Origin: Setoptus koraiensis | Taxonomy: Eukaryota; Animalia; Arthropoda | NCBI GenBank assembly: GCA_048013815.1 | Contig: CM106585.1 | Location: 14,012,001 to 14,076,000, forward strand | DNA: 64,000 nt | Direction: 5' to 3' | In this document: piece after piece, positions 26,293 to 38,292 of the stretch | Numbering within the stretch: the first letter of the stretch is position 1 | Layout of the letters: every line of letters starts with the position of its first letter | Notes under the pieces: generated by a model | Databases searched by the model: none | Seen by the model: only the letters and a program-made list of their open reading frames with translations | What the model was told of the DNA's origin: nothing | Position numbers and translations under genes: made by a program

Positions 26293-28118
26293 GGCCCGGT
26301 CGCCTCGGGCCCCGCAGCTCGACGTTGGCCGGTCAGCGCGGTCGGTGTTCTCATGCAATCGACGAAGTCTCGATATCATATCGCGATATTTCCAGGTTGG
26401 CATTTGTTCAATATTTCGAAATTGCGAAGTGTATCGACAATACGCTGCGGACGGTATTGCGCCGGCCGGTGTCGCTGGTGCCGCTGGTATCGCTGGTGTC
26501 GGCGGCGCTGGTGCTGACCGCGGACAGTGGACGGCGTTGGTGCCGGTGCTGGTGCCGGTGTCGACGTTGCCGGTTGCAAGCCGGCCGAAGCGGCTGGTGT
26601 TTAATTTATCACACATAGCAAACGAGCGTCATGATGATGATGATTGGCTGCGCCGGCTACCGATCTCAGGCCAGCAGATTGTCGGCCAGTGGCGATTCTC
26701 AGGTGGCCAATCTCAGGTGAGATTGTGATGAAATGAGCACGCGAAACAGACCAGATAGGCCCAGCGAGAGAAGGAGCGTGTCCACGCGAAGGTGCATTGA
26801 GGTGCCGAGGACACACCAGAGAAATCCACTGCAACTATGCTGTGGTGTGAGTGTGAGTGTGTGTCTAATTCCATTCATTGTATAGAATTCTTGTTTCTTG
26901 TTTCTGGTGTTGGCATGGCCAAAGTGAGAAGAATTTTCAGAAGAGCGACACACACACAAAATCAATTCTTCTCTCACTGTGTGTGCCTTCGCTCTGAAAC
27001 TATCCATCAGTGGTGTCGATTATAAACGACCAACACGGACCAACACATCGGACGAGAGCGGACGAATCGGCGAGAGAGAGAGAGAGAGCGAGAATCGATT
27101 TTGTTGTTCGTTGGCTGCTGCTGCTGGCGCTGATTGAATTCGCGGGTGTCGGTGTCAATTGAGTGATACAGCGCGCTGATGCTGCCGCTGCTGGTCAAGC
27201 CAACTAACACCGTCACTAATACAGGTAAAGTGCCCAGTGGTCAGCAGCGGTCGGCAGTGGTCAGCGAGTGGGCAGCGGTGGCAATCATTATTAGCATCAC
27301 CACTAGCGCTAATATTATTATTATTAGCAGTGGCGCCACTGAGCAAACAAAAGCTAGACACTTTCTGGTCACACCGACTGTCGTCGCGTCTATGACACAT
27401 TGTGCTGGCACTGTTGGCATTCGCGTTCGTCCGACCGTTTGCCGGCCTTTGTCTGTCGCTGCGCTGTGGCCGAGGCTCCGAGCTCGTTGTGCTGCCGCAA
27501 GAACCGCGGAATTGGCCGCCGATTCGAAGCTTCGATCGCTTCAATTGCAGCAGCAGCAGCTCACCACAACAACAACAACACCAACAACAACAACAACAAC
27601 AACTGCAACAACAACTGCAACAAACAACACATTTGCACCGGCTACTTGCTGCGGCCGATAACAATAGTACACGGGGGCACGTTATTAAAACGCCCGCTTC
27701 ACCTTGTTTATGGCCGCCTACAACTGGTCGTCTCGCCTGCCGGTGTCACAGCGACCGGTCGCAGTATCGCCGCAGCGACTCGGCGTATCGCTGCTCGTGC
27801 TGGCCAGCATTGGTGCAGGACGTGCAAATAGTTGTTTGTAGAAAGCATTGAGGTGTCAATTGGCCAGGAATTTATAATCGGGCGCACAAGCCCGGCGTGA
27901 TGAGCACTGGCAACTGTCATTGGCTGGGTGCTGCCGTCCGATAATCATAATTGTTCATCAAACATCAAACATCACACAGCACCAATCAACAATCATCGGC
28001 GTTGACGTGGGCGCCAATTATCGGCCTTGCTAACTTAGAGGGGGCACCTCTAAATCTAAATTTGAAGAATTTAATTCAAAGAGACACAGATAGAGGGACG
28101 GATAGAGGGGCGACTTAC

Positions 28119-28571
28119 CGCAATTCAGGCACAGCGTCCTCTTCACTGCTTGACTAGTGGCGTTGGTCAGAAGCTCTGGCGTTGCGTAGGCACTCCAAAC
28201 GATATTAGTAGTCCTTAAATTGTTAATGTTTGCTGCTGTCACGTGATGCAAATTTTGCAAATTGAAACCCTGCTCATACACAGCTGATTGGGGCTGCTTC
28301 GCGACACCCGATTGTCGCTTTAGCAACAGTGACGAATGCTGATCAACCAGTGGACTAGTGACAAATAGTATGTAAACTTGATTCAAATTCAACGGTTGCT
28401 GCTGCTGCTGGCCGCTCTTATCTGGCCAACCGGCGGACTGTTTGTTGTTGTTGTCGGCATTGTTGTTGTTGTTGTTGTTGCTGTTGCTGCTGTCCAAGCT
28501 GATGGCACACCTATTGGGATAATGCTGTTGTCTGCTGTTGAAATGCACCTGTGTTGCGTCACCCGCTTGCA

Positions 28572-28602
<31 letters not shown>

Positions 28603-29541
28603 TAATTGCTGCAATTGCAACTGCTGCTGATGATGGTGGGGCCCCAGTGAGGCCCATTGAGCGCGGGCGACACCGCTGATGGCGGCGCGCAAGTTGCTCG
28701 GTTGCACCATTTGTATCGCTTGCGAGGTGGGCGTTGATGTTGTCTTGAAATATAGCGTTAAATTGCGCCCGTCCATTAGTTGCTCTTGGGCCCGGCGATA
28801 AATCTCGGGTATTTGCGGTAATAGTTGCGGCTGCTGCTGCTGCTGATGATGAGAGTTGTGCTGTGATCCGGTCAAAACAGTGTTAACAGTGGGCGCGGGC
28901 AGAGAATTCTTAACTGTTTTCACCACTTGAAATGTGGCCTCCAGCTCATATAAATACGACGACGGATTAGAGGATAGATTGTTGCTGAGTGAGTCCAATA
29001 ATGATTGCGATGAACTAGAATATTGTTTGCCCAACGGATACCATCTCAAATGGACAAGTTTACCGTGCAATATAATAGGTGCAAGAAGCGCCTTGCTGGC
29101 CACGTCCAACATGGGCCTCCATTGGGCGGGCGGGCCCAGAGGGCAGTCTTTGTTGCTGGTGCTCTTCAATTGGCTGGTGTAAATTAACGACGACGAAGAC
29201 GAATACAATTGCGGTTGCGATTGCTTCTGCAGTTGCTGTTGTTGTTGTTGTTGTTGCTGCTGCTGGAAACTGTTGTGCGACTGTCTGACGGTGTGCAGAG
29301 CCTCTAAGCGGGGATATAGCTCGGATGGGGACCAGGTTGTGCCCGACGAGGAATAGGTGGCACCACTTGTTGTTGGTGATAGTAATATAAGTGAAAGAAT
29401 TGAGTAACTCGCTAATGCTAACAACATTTTTCTTAGTGACAACGATAACGCAATATTGGACAGTGCTATAAATTTTCGACAATAACAACTCTCTATTTGT
29501 TTTATTTGATTTGATTGATTTATTGATTGAGATCTTGCCAT
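28119..29541 (-). CDS. vn: vein/neuregulin-like exon 1: signal peptide and Gln-rich N-terminal region
   Basis: Signal-like MLLALASYSILSLILLSPTTSG from Met 29427. CP..DVASKALLAPIILHG and VKRTLCLNC resemble the vein-family N-terminal block. Donor TGCG|GTaagt at 28118, phase 1. The four exons total 2493 nt (830 aa), in frame, with no transmembrane segment. Confidence 0.85.
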
Positions 29542-30137
29542 TTTTTACTATGTTTAGATTTATTTTAATTTTGCTATTTTGTTGTTTGTTTAATTTGCTT
29601 GCTGTACGTGTTCACAGCCACTTCCTATGTGATATATGGCTTGTTGTTATGTAATGAGTGAGTGTGCGTGCTTGCTTGCTTGGACGCGGGAGTCGATCGA
29701 TTAAAACTGGTGCGATGGGTGTCTAATGGGCACTGATGACCACTTCACTCTATGCATTCTCAACTGTCTCGGTAAGGTGATATGATGATCTAATATGCTA
29801 CAGTGCGCTTGTAGTGGTTGTAAATGGTATTGGTTGGACAGATGGACGTTGCGTTCGTTTTGTTTATAGAGGTGCTCATGGCCGAATCAAATGAACAAAT
29901 GAAATCATCTACTGCCACGACAATTACTACAACTTTTTCTTGTTGATGTACTGCCACCACCACTACTACTACTAATACTACAACTACTACAACTACTAGT
30001 ACTACTATTACCACTACTACTCTAATACTCTACTACAACTACTACTACTACTGCCAACACTAATACTTCTAATAACAACCAAAGCAACAACAACAAATGA
30101 CGATATGATGAGTCAATAGTAGCGACCAGATAGTTAC

Positions 30138-30148
30138 TGCGCATGCGC
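30138..30148. promoter_or_regulatory. NRF1/Erect wing-type GCGCATGCGC palindrome in the divergent vein-CD2BP2 intergenic region
   Basis: TGCGCATGCGC matches the NRF1/EWG consensus. Function is inferred from position only. Confidence 0.4.
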
Positions 30149-30738
30149 TAGAAAAGAATAAAGAATAAAGAAGGCTTCTTTCGTTTGTGCGCTGCTCTCT
30201 ATCTGCTATCTTGTAAGGTAACACCAATGAAAGTCTCTAGCCGCTGTGTATCCTCAATTCTTTCCTACTTGTGAACTACCTAGACTTGGCTGACCTGCCA
30301 GTGTCTATGGTGACCCAACGAGAATATCCTGGTGCTTTTACCAATCTACAATATCACCTCTAAACGAGATACAACTCGTATTCGTATCCTCGTTTTTGCT
30401 ACCCATTTCTCGCTGTATTCGTCGGCACGGGCACGTTGCACGCTACACTGGCGCCGTCTTGCGTTCATTATTTCACTAACGGCAGAATGTAAACAGATGT
30501 TTGCATGTGCTCGCGCCGTTTTAGCGGTATCCACATCGACTTGTCATTTTTAAAACTATCAATTAATATTGTCATTTGTTGTTTGGGTGTCTCACTGACT
30601 TACTTTGTCTCATTGCATCCATTTCTATCTCAATTGGACACCTCAACATAATGAAACGTTGTTGTCAAGCTTCCAGACTAACCAAGTGATTGTCATTGAT
30701 ATTCATTTCCCTTCACTCCAAAGGAAGGGCCATTGGAC

Positions 30739-31662
30739 ATGGCCAGCGAAGAGCGAGCAAGACGGAGAAGGATCCAAGATGAGGAATTGGAATTCGGATC
30801 ATTGGTTGACGATGACGACGACAGACCTTTCGAACAGGAAGAAGTTTTGCCCGGTCGCACCATTGATAAAAAATACAAAAACACTCTGGAAAGTGATGAG
30901 GAAGACGACGAAGTGGAGGCGGAGAGGCGAAACAGATTGAGGGTGTCCAATCTCAAACATCGTGAAAAGAAAACAATCATTATGGATGGCGATATAGAGG
31001 TGACACCATTCAACATGAGAGACGAGCTTGAGGATGGCCACTTCGACAGAACGGGAAATTTTATTTTTGATAAGCCACAACAAAAACGCAAACAGCTAGG
31101 CCTCGGCACCGACGCTGATGATAGCGAAGAGGACGCCTGGGCGGATAGTGTCGACAATTTGCCCGTATATACTCCCAGAGATAAGTCATTGATTGATCAA
31201 GTGTCCGCCACGACAAGCGGTGTTAAAAGGAAACACGAACAACTTGACGACAGTGACGAAGAAGATGGTAAGCCACCGCTCGTGGACGATGTACCCAACA
31301 ATCAACATCAAGGTGCATCAGTGGGCCAATCAATTGATCGTTACAGAAAGATCATATCATTCATGTTGCCAGACGAGACAGTTCAAAGGACTATCCAGAG
31401 GCTAGGCAAGAACGTTCCTAGGGGTCGCCAGTTTAAGACAAAATGCAGCGCAAATTCAGAGACTGGAAAAAAGCTACTTGAAGACAAGGCCAAACTTGAC
31501 AAGTTTATCGAGCTCGCACATAGCCTAATGGAAACGGTTGATCTAAAAATCTACGAGAAGACATACGAGCAGATCAAGTTAATTCTAAAACAAGCGCCTC
31601 CACTAACGGCTGCTCAGAGCTTAGAGCGTGACTTGGACTCGGATAGCGATGGACAACTTTAG
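30739..31662 (+). CDS. CD2BP2: CD2 antigen cytoplasmic tail-binding protein 2 / U5-52K / Lin1 homologue, intronless, 307 aa, no GYF domain
   Basis: Motifs KNTLESDEEDD, TPFNMRDELEDGHFDRTGNFIF, DAWADSVD, LPDETVQRTIQRLG and IYEKTYEQI match CD2BP2. First ATG is at 30739 (the ORF track starts at an upstream TTG). Confidence 0.9.
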   Translation: MASEERARRRRIQDEELEFGSLVDDDDDRPFEQEEVLPGRTIDKKYKNTLESDEEDDEVEAERRNRLRVSNLKHREKKTIIMDGDIEVTPFNMRDELEDGHFDRTGNFIFDKPQQKRKQLGLGTDADDSEEDAWADSVDNLPVYTPRDKSLIDQVSATTSGVKRKHEQLDDSDEEDGKPPLVDDVPNNQHQGASVGQSIDRYRKIISFMLPDETVQRTIQRLGKNVPRGRQFKTKCSANSETGKKLLEDKAKLDKFIELAHSLMETVDLKIYEKTYEQIKLILKQAPPLTAAQSLERDLDSDSDGQL

Positions 31663-31820
31663 TACAATTTATTTAATTGTTTGAAATACATGGATAGTTT
31701 CGTAGAAATGGACATTTCGGAACTATGTATGTGTATATAGATGTGTGTAAATATATTCTTTATGCAAGCAAGTAAATTTTGTTGAATAATATTAATGAAA
31801 AAACCCATATCAATTCATTA

Positions 31821-32567
31821 TTATTGGTTTGCGTGTTGCTGTTTTGAATTTGATTTTTGATTAACATTTTGGTTAACTAGTAAATAATGTGCTATGTATT
31901 CCATGATACCCTCATGAAAGAAATCATTTCCTGCTGTTCTGGATATTGTGCCAGTGTGTGACTTGTGGTGCCTATAAATGAGATGCGATTGTTTGTATGG
32001 TCCGTCGACGCTTTTCCTTGGTGAGGTATAAATATTTGGATTATATTTTCCGGCTCTCTTGCCAGGTTTGCAATTAGTATTGTTGTTTTTGGTAGTTGTT
32101 TTAATTTGACGGCCATTAGTTGATGATGAGGAAGAGGAGGAGGACGACGACGAAGACGACGACGATGAGGTGGTTGTGGTGATGGTGGTGCTGTTGCTAC
32201 TCTTTTGAGTTTTAGTAAACATGTTTCCATTGTTGGCGCTTCCGCCGCTTGCCACACTGCTGCCGCAAGTATCTGTGGTGCTCGAAGTAGAGTCGTCTAT
32301 CCACAATTCGGGGCTTTCCTCGAGCGAGGCCTCAAGTGCTCGTTTGAGATCATTTTCTTCTAGTTTGATGGGATTGTTGGTTTGCAAATATCTGAAAAAC
32401 TGTACATGTGGCGCATAAATGGAGAGAAACGAGTTAGTACGAGCGGATAATTGTAATGAAAATGAATGGAGCGATAATGTTGATTGATGGGCGCTACTTA
32501 CATGTGTATTGGCGGCCCGTCGTCTGGGACGAGACGAGCTGACGTTGGCTGAACGCCTTCCGGTCAT
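31821..32567 (-). CDS. Uncharacterised protein of about 214 aa with an N-terminal Arg-rich motif and a UIM-like motif; exons 32567-32502 and 32399-31821
   Basis: Open frame containing a 102-nt in-frame GTaagt...tacAG intron. EENDLKRALEASLEE fits the UIM consensus, followed by a Ser/Thr tract, basic KPGKRAGK and a globular-looking C-terminus (DFFHEGIMEYIAHYL). Confidence 0.65.
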   Translation of the reverse strand: MTGRRSANVSSSRPRRRAANTHVSSAHQSTLSLHSFSLQLSARTNSFLSIYAPHVQFFRYLQTNNPIKLEENDLKRALEASLEESPELWIDDSTSSTTDTCGSSVASGGSANNGNMFTKTQKSSNSTTITTTTSSSSSSSSSSSSSSSSTNGRQIKTTTKNNNTNCKPGKRAGKYNPNIYTSPRKSVDGPYKQSHLIYRHHKSHTGTISRTAGNDFFHEGIMEYIAHYLLVNQNVNQKSNSKQQHANQ

Positions 32568-33895
32568 TCTAGGCTTGTTAGAACGAACTGGTGGTCGAGA
32601 GTTGAATTAATTACTAGCGATCTACTATAATTGGTAACTAGCTGAAAATCAATAGTCAAAAGTGACCACGAATGTTCTATGTGAGTATAAATAATTTAAA
32701 TATCCTCTCTAAATGTGTGCATCTATTCTTATAACTGTAATCGAAAATAAATAATGATTCTAGTTATAAGGGGGACATGTGATGATGGTACAGTTAGAGA
32801 TGGGCAGCATTTAAAGACAAAACACTAATTATTTAATATAAATATACCTATAACTGTATATATATATACAGATAAAAATCAAAAATATAATATATATATA
32901 TTTGTATATATCCGCAGAACATGGTTCCTGCCTTTGTTCTGTTAGTTCTGTTGGGTTTGCTCTCATTGGTCAGCAACATTTAACGCTGCACTCCAGCAAA
33001 TACACACACACACACACACACACACGCATACACGATTTCCACGCCCTTTTCGCCGAGCACGCCATCTACGCATAGATGCTGGAACCAGTGAAAGCTTGTA
33101 AACTTATCATCATGAGATATCAGAGATTATTTTAAACAAAGACCAGTTTTTATAATATATTCAAACAACAAGCAACATCTCAGCAAACTTCCTTCACTAC
33201 ACAATGTAGTGCTCGACAATAAATAAATGGATCTAATATAGACAGTAATTTGTTGTTAGCTTTAACTCAATTCTGGCGCACATTTTATGCTTTATAAAAA
33301 CTTATATAGATAAAAGTGGAAATAAGTTAATGATGATATCACTTTTTGGTGGTACAGTATCCCTAACAGTCAGGCCAACACATCGTGCATGTAACAGCTA
33401 CTCTCAGAGTAGAAGAATAAACTTGCCAATCTAACCGAATACATCTTGTTTCGGGTTTGTTTAACCTTGGTCATAACAATCGATGATATAGATAGTTTCT
33501 GTGGCGTTTCGCAGTGCTTAGGCTTATCATTGATATACCGTTGTTCAGTAGTTGCTCAATAAAATCTATTCAATTTTTCTAAATAAATCTCTTTGCTTGC
33601 TCTGTATATTTACAATTAGTCTGATTTTTACTTAGAGGTATGGGTTGGCAAAAATCTAAAGGGATAACATATGGCAACTAACATTTAAAGTTCGCAATAA
33701 ATAATAGGAAGTTTGTAATTATAGTAAAAACAAGATCTCGCAATGACAGTTGATTTTGTGAAAACGTCGTAAAACGACCATGATGGTGATGATGATGGTG
33801 ATGACTATGATTATCTAGTAGTTGAACCTCAAGATAACACATCCAATTTATAATAGATCCGCACTTCAATGCGTGGTTAGAACAATATATAACAA

Positions 33896-36829
33896 TCAAA
33901 GTTCATCGGTCATGAACACGCGTGAACACATCTCATTGTTTTCTTTGTTGAGAGAGTAGGATTTGGCACTTATTCTTTGAACCTTGCCACTAAATTTCCT
34001 TTGGATTTGATCCGAGAGTAACTGCTCATGCCTCCTAGAGTTGTGTCTAGAAAGTAAATAGGTAGGGAATAGATCAGTATTTATCGATAAGATGGACGTG
34101 AAGACTGAAGTGCTCGGAAAGCGATAGCTCAACCATTAAAATACTTACCTAAACTTAAATTCTGGCTGGACAACTTGCAGACAAAACTCTGGCGTTGAGT
34201 GGAAATTACGCAGGTCAGAATTGAAATCAACAACAGCATGACCACCAAAAGAGTATAAATGCGACGACCAGATGTTTTCGTGTCCAGTAAAAACTGATTG
34301 GGATGATTGCACTATGACTGAAGCTTTGGTTCGCACCAGAGATTCTGAGGTACCGTACCATAATGAAACTTTAATGGTTCCAGTAACTTCTATAGATAAA
34401 ACTCCGCGCATTTGCTGTTCAGCAACGAATCCGCTGATCAAAGGATAGCCTTCTTGGTGGTCTATTAATAGTAGATCGCCGCTAAATGCAGTCAAGGGAT
34501 CACTTCCTCTCCCATTGAAAACGTGACCCATCAACTCCATTTTGCTCGTGAAGAAAATGTATGGTCTCAGGTAGCCTCCAAGTAGACGTAATGTCATTCC
34601 AGCCGTCCAAGATTCATCGTCATCCATGTCTTGTAAACCTCTAGCAAATATGCCCAATGAAAACAAGTCTTGTCTCCGTTGATTTGTGTCTAGCATAACA
34701 TCGAATGAACTTTCCTTCAAGATTTTTTTTCCGGTAAGTTCGACATTAACTCCATAACTAGCGTTCACTGATGGAGTTTCAGCCATAGTTTTCACGAAAG
34801 ATGCGCTCGATCCATTGATAATGCACGACTTCCAATACCAGTTACCTGCATTAGCAGATTTTGAATCTGGCCTCAAGGACATCACTCTAGAGTAAATCAT
34901 GGTCGCTAGCTCATTGTTACCGAATGATGGTAAATGACCTATCAACTGGTCAGAGGCCAATGAGTCTGGTATGAATCTCACAATCAGTTCAGAAGCTAAC
35001 ACTCTGGCAGTCGTCTCTTGAAGGTCATCGTAAACTACACGAATCAATAGATCTTTGATGTTTTTGTAAAACGATAATGATAAATGCTTACCAGCGGCAC
35101 AATTTTGCAAGCAATCCTTCAATGCTTTCATCGCAGCAATGGATTCACGGCGACCTGAATTCAGAATTTGATCTTCGAGTAGACGAAAGTTAGCCTCATT
35201 CAGATTTCCAATATTACCTATTGCTTGTATAACGACTATTCTACAGTCCGTCTCGGAATGACTGCATTCGCCTAATTCTTTTATCAATAGACTCTCTACT
35301 TGTTGATTGAGTTCGTCATCTAATTTCGCAAAGTTACTTTCTTGATTATGAGCTTGAACTAGCGATGATAAAGTAAGCAACGTTGACCATCTGAGCTTCT
35401 GTGATGTCCATTCTTCGGTAGGTTTCTCTCGGACTAGATTGAGGATTTCATTGGCTATGAAAGCTATGGGTGCTTTTGGGGCAGTTTTGACCATTGAACT
35501 CTTAATTAAAGCTGGTGTGGGCACAAAGTGATAAGGTGATTGTAATGGTCGGTTCAAATGCATCTTTGCTGCGGTATTGGCCGAAACAGAAAGCGCTGAC
35601 AAAAATCTTTCGGCCATGTCCAAGTTTTTGTTTTTAGGCAGCTTCAGATATTTGAGGGCAGCTAGAATTGAGTCTTTAGTGCGAGCTGCAGCCAATATAT
35701 CCAGAAATGAGTCCAACGCCCCTCTAGAATTGGCGCTGCTCTTAAGTTTTTTAAGTATGTTTGTTATATCTGACAAGCTGGTTCCGTCGTGCTCTCTTAG
35801 ACGGGCTAAAACTTTCAAGTAGGCAACCGCGGCATCAACTGTGGCCAATGATGCAGTCGTAAGGCTATCGCGGTAGTCTTGGAATAATGCATTGAGTGAT
35901 TTGTCACAATGATGATGTGAACAAATTTTTGTGACTCTTTGAAGTGCTGCAGATTCAGGATAGTAACCATGTGGTAACAATAGGGCAATAGCTTTGTCGA
36001 TACTCTGCGCCTGGGAGAATATTTCTTTCTGATTTGATATAAGAGTATTATCTGACTGGGTGAGCTTTAAGTTGATTTGAGTTTGCAGCAACGAGCTAGC
36101 AGATGAATAAACTCTAGATTTAAATGTGACATTCTGGTATGCGTCTACTTGCTGAAAGATACTTGAGCGGCCCTCGCTCAATCTAGCATTCAAGCTTATT
36201 TGAGAGTAGGTATCAGGTGAGAATAGTTCAGGTTGTGATAAAAAGTTGTTGTCGAAATATTTGGCCTGTGACTCTTTGGATGCCGAATGCAAATCAGTGG
36301 GTATTAAATTAAGTACTATGGATTTCTTGATATTTTTGTATGTGATGAAATCACTTTGTTTGGAATAGAATTGCTTAACATAAGATGTACCATTGGACCT
36401 AATGACAACATGAGCATAGGAATCAAAGAAATCGCCACCCTTATAATTTGGCTTAGCTGCATCCGTGCCATGTAGATTGGTGGCGTGATTTGTGTAGTGA
36501 TGCTCACTATGCCTATTACCTGGCTTAAATTTTGGTTCATCTAAATAGATTCTAATTAGTCTATTGTTGGCATCATAGAAGACATCCTGGAATTGTACAA
36601 TGGCATCAAATTGAAAAGCGTGCGATGGAGAAGAAATATCATCATGGTCAATGGCAAGCTCAGAGTGATAGTTGTATGTGTAGGCGCCCAGCGTCAGATC
36701 GGCCAAATTGAATGGTTGAGCATTAACAAGTGATGGAGCTGCCTCCAGTGAGTAGGTGCCAAATATGAGTAGAGAGAACAGTGACAGCGATAGGAGAACT
36801 GTATTTGATTGTAGGATTGTGATTTCCAT
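33896..36829 (-). CDS. MTTP: Microsomal triglyceride transfer protein large subunit; exons 36829-34149 and 34046-33896 (943 aa)
   Basis: Signal peptide and lipid-transport (LLT/vitellogenin-N) architecture. Motifs LFSLGIFARGL, GMTLRLLGGYLRPYIFF, LLLIDHQE..PLISGF and EFCLQV. A 102-nt phase-2 intron leads to a final exon HNSRR...ENNEMCSRVFMTDEL*. Confidence 0.92.
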
Positions 36830-38261
36830 AATTGTTGGGTTCAACTAGTATCAATTAAGTAATAAATTATAATAGGTAATAATAAATAAATAAATTAGAA
36901 ATGTCCTCTATCTAGTAACAAATTTGTAATTTGTCGAGACGAGGGAAGGGGAGAGGACGAAGCCAGGTCAATACAAATGCAATCTGTTCGCTGTTGTTGT
37001 CGTGCTGCTTGTATCCTCATTTAACTCCTTGTTAATTGATAGCAATTTCATACTAATGGCAATAATAATGATAATAATAATAATAGTGATGGTTGTAATA
37101 ATAATTATTACAAGTGCCACACAAAGGCTTCCAATTTGTGACAGATAGAGTAACGTTTCTGCAAAGCGACACGTTTAATAATGTTGTCCATCGGAATGTA
37201 TGTGAGTGTGTGTCAGTGTGTCTAAAGGTTTTAGAAACACCGTGGAGGTTAGCATCTTATCATCGCTATTAATCACTCGGCGCATGACTCTTCTCTTTAT
37301 TCTCAAGGTTACTTCCCCTTCAACAAGCCTATTAACAACAAGTGTCCACTTTGTTTACTTCCGTATACAAATATTGAGCATGCGCATATTGAAATTTAAA
37401 TATAAATAGCCGCCATAATCTGGATTGTCGCCTTGAGACATTGTGCCGAAAGCTGCTAGTTGCAAGCTAATTTTTTGCAATTTTTTCATCTTATTCTCAA
37501 GCCAGCGAGCTTAGCGCTGGCCTGCGAAGGAGCCAGCTTGCCGCTGCCATGCTAAAGAGGCAGCTTGCCGTTGCCGCATGCATTACAGATTGTAGTGTTT
37601 TAGCTGAAAACTTTTGGGAATTTTCACGAGAAAAGAACAGGTTCACTAGAGGGTTCAACATGCGGTCGGAGACAAGGATGCAGCCAACAGGGAGAAATCT
37701 TCTTGATGCACTAGACACAATTCGCCTTCGACACCATGCAATCTCTCTCAGGTACGAGTATTTTAACGAACCGGACAGCTAGGCCGAAACTACACTAGAT
37801 TGAGTGTACTTGTACCTGGAACATCGATGCTCAACAAGCTACCACTAGGCGTAGCGTGGTTGACCGAGTGACTTTGCAAGCTTCTAGATGGGCAGCTTGT
37901 AAGCCACAGTAGAGATCAAAAACGAAGCCAGATCAAACGAACGATTGCTCGCTAGCAACTTGCCCGCTAACGAATAATGAGATAGTGAGGAGACCACATA
38001 TGAGCATAGTGAACACATAAATAAGACAACAACAACAGGTTCTATACAGCTTACGAACTAGCAAATATTCAAGGTTGACCATGGTGAATTTGAGCTACCA
38101 CCGAGTCGGAAGTCGCACAATCAACAAGTAGTGCTGTTATAATTACCATGGGCTCACTAATAGATAGATTTGAAACAAGCAGGGAACATCAGACACACAC
38201 CTGTTCTCGTTAGATTAGTTCGCTGCGAGTATGTATGACTTTGTGAGTTGAATACATTTTT

Positions 38262-38292
<31 letters not shown>

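Noticed and set aside
32921-32983. Signal-peptide-like ORF MVPAFVLLVLLGLLSLVSNI*
   Set aside because: Only 20 codons, weak donor candidates and no convincing downstream exon.
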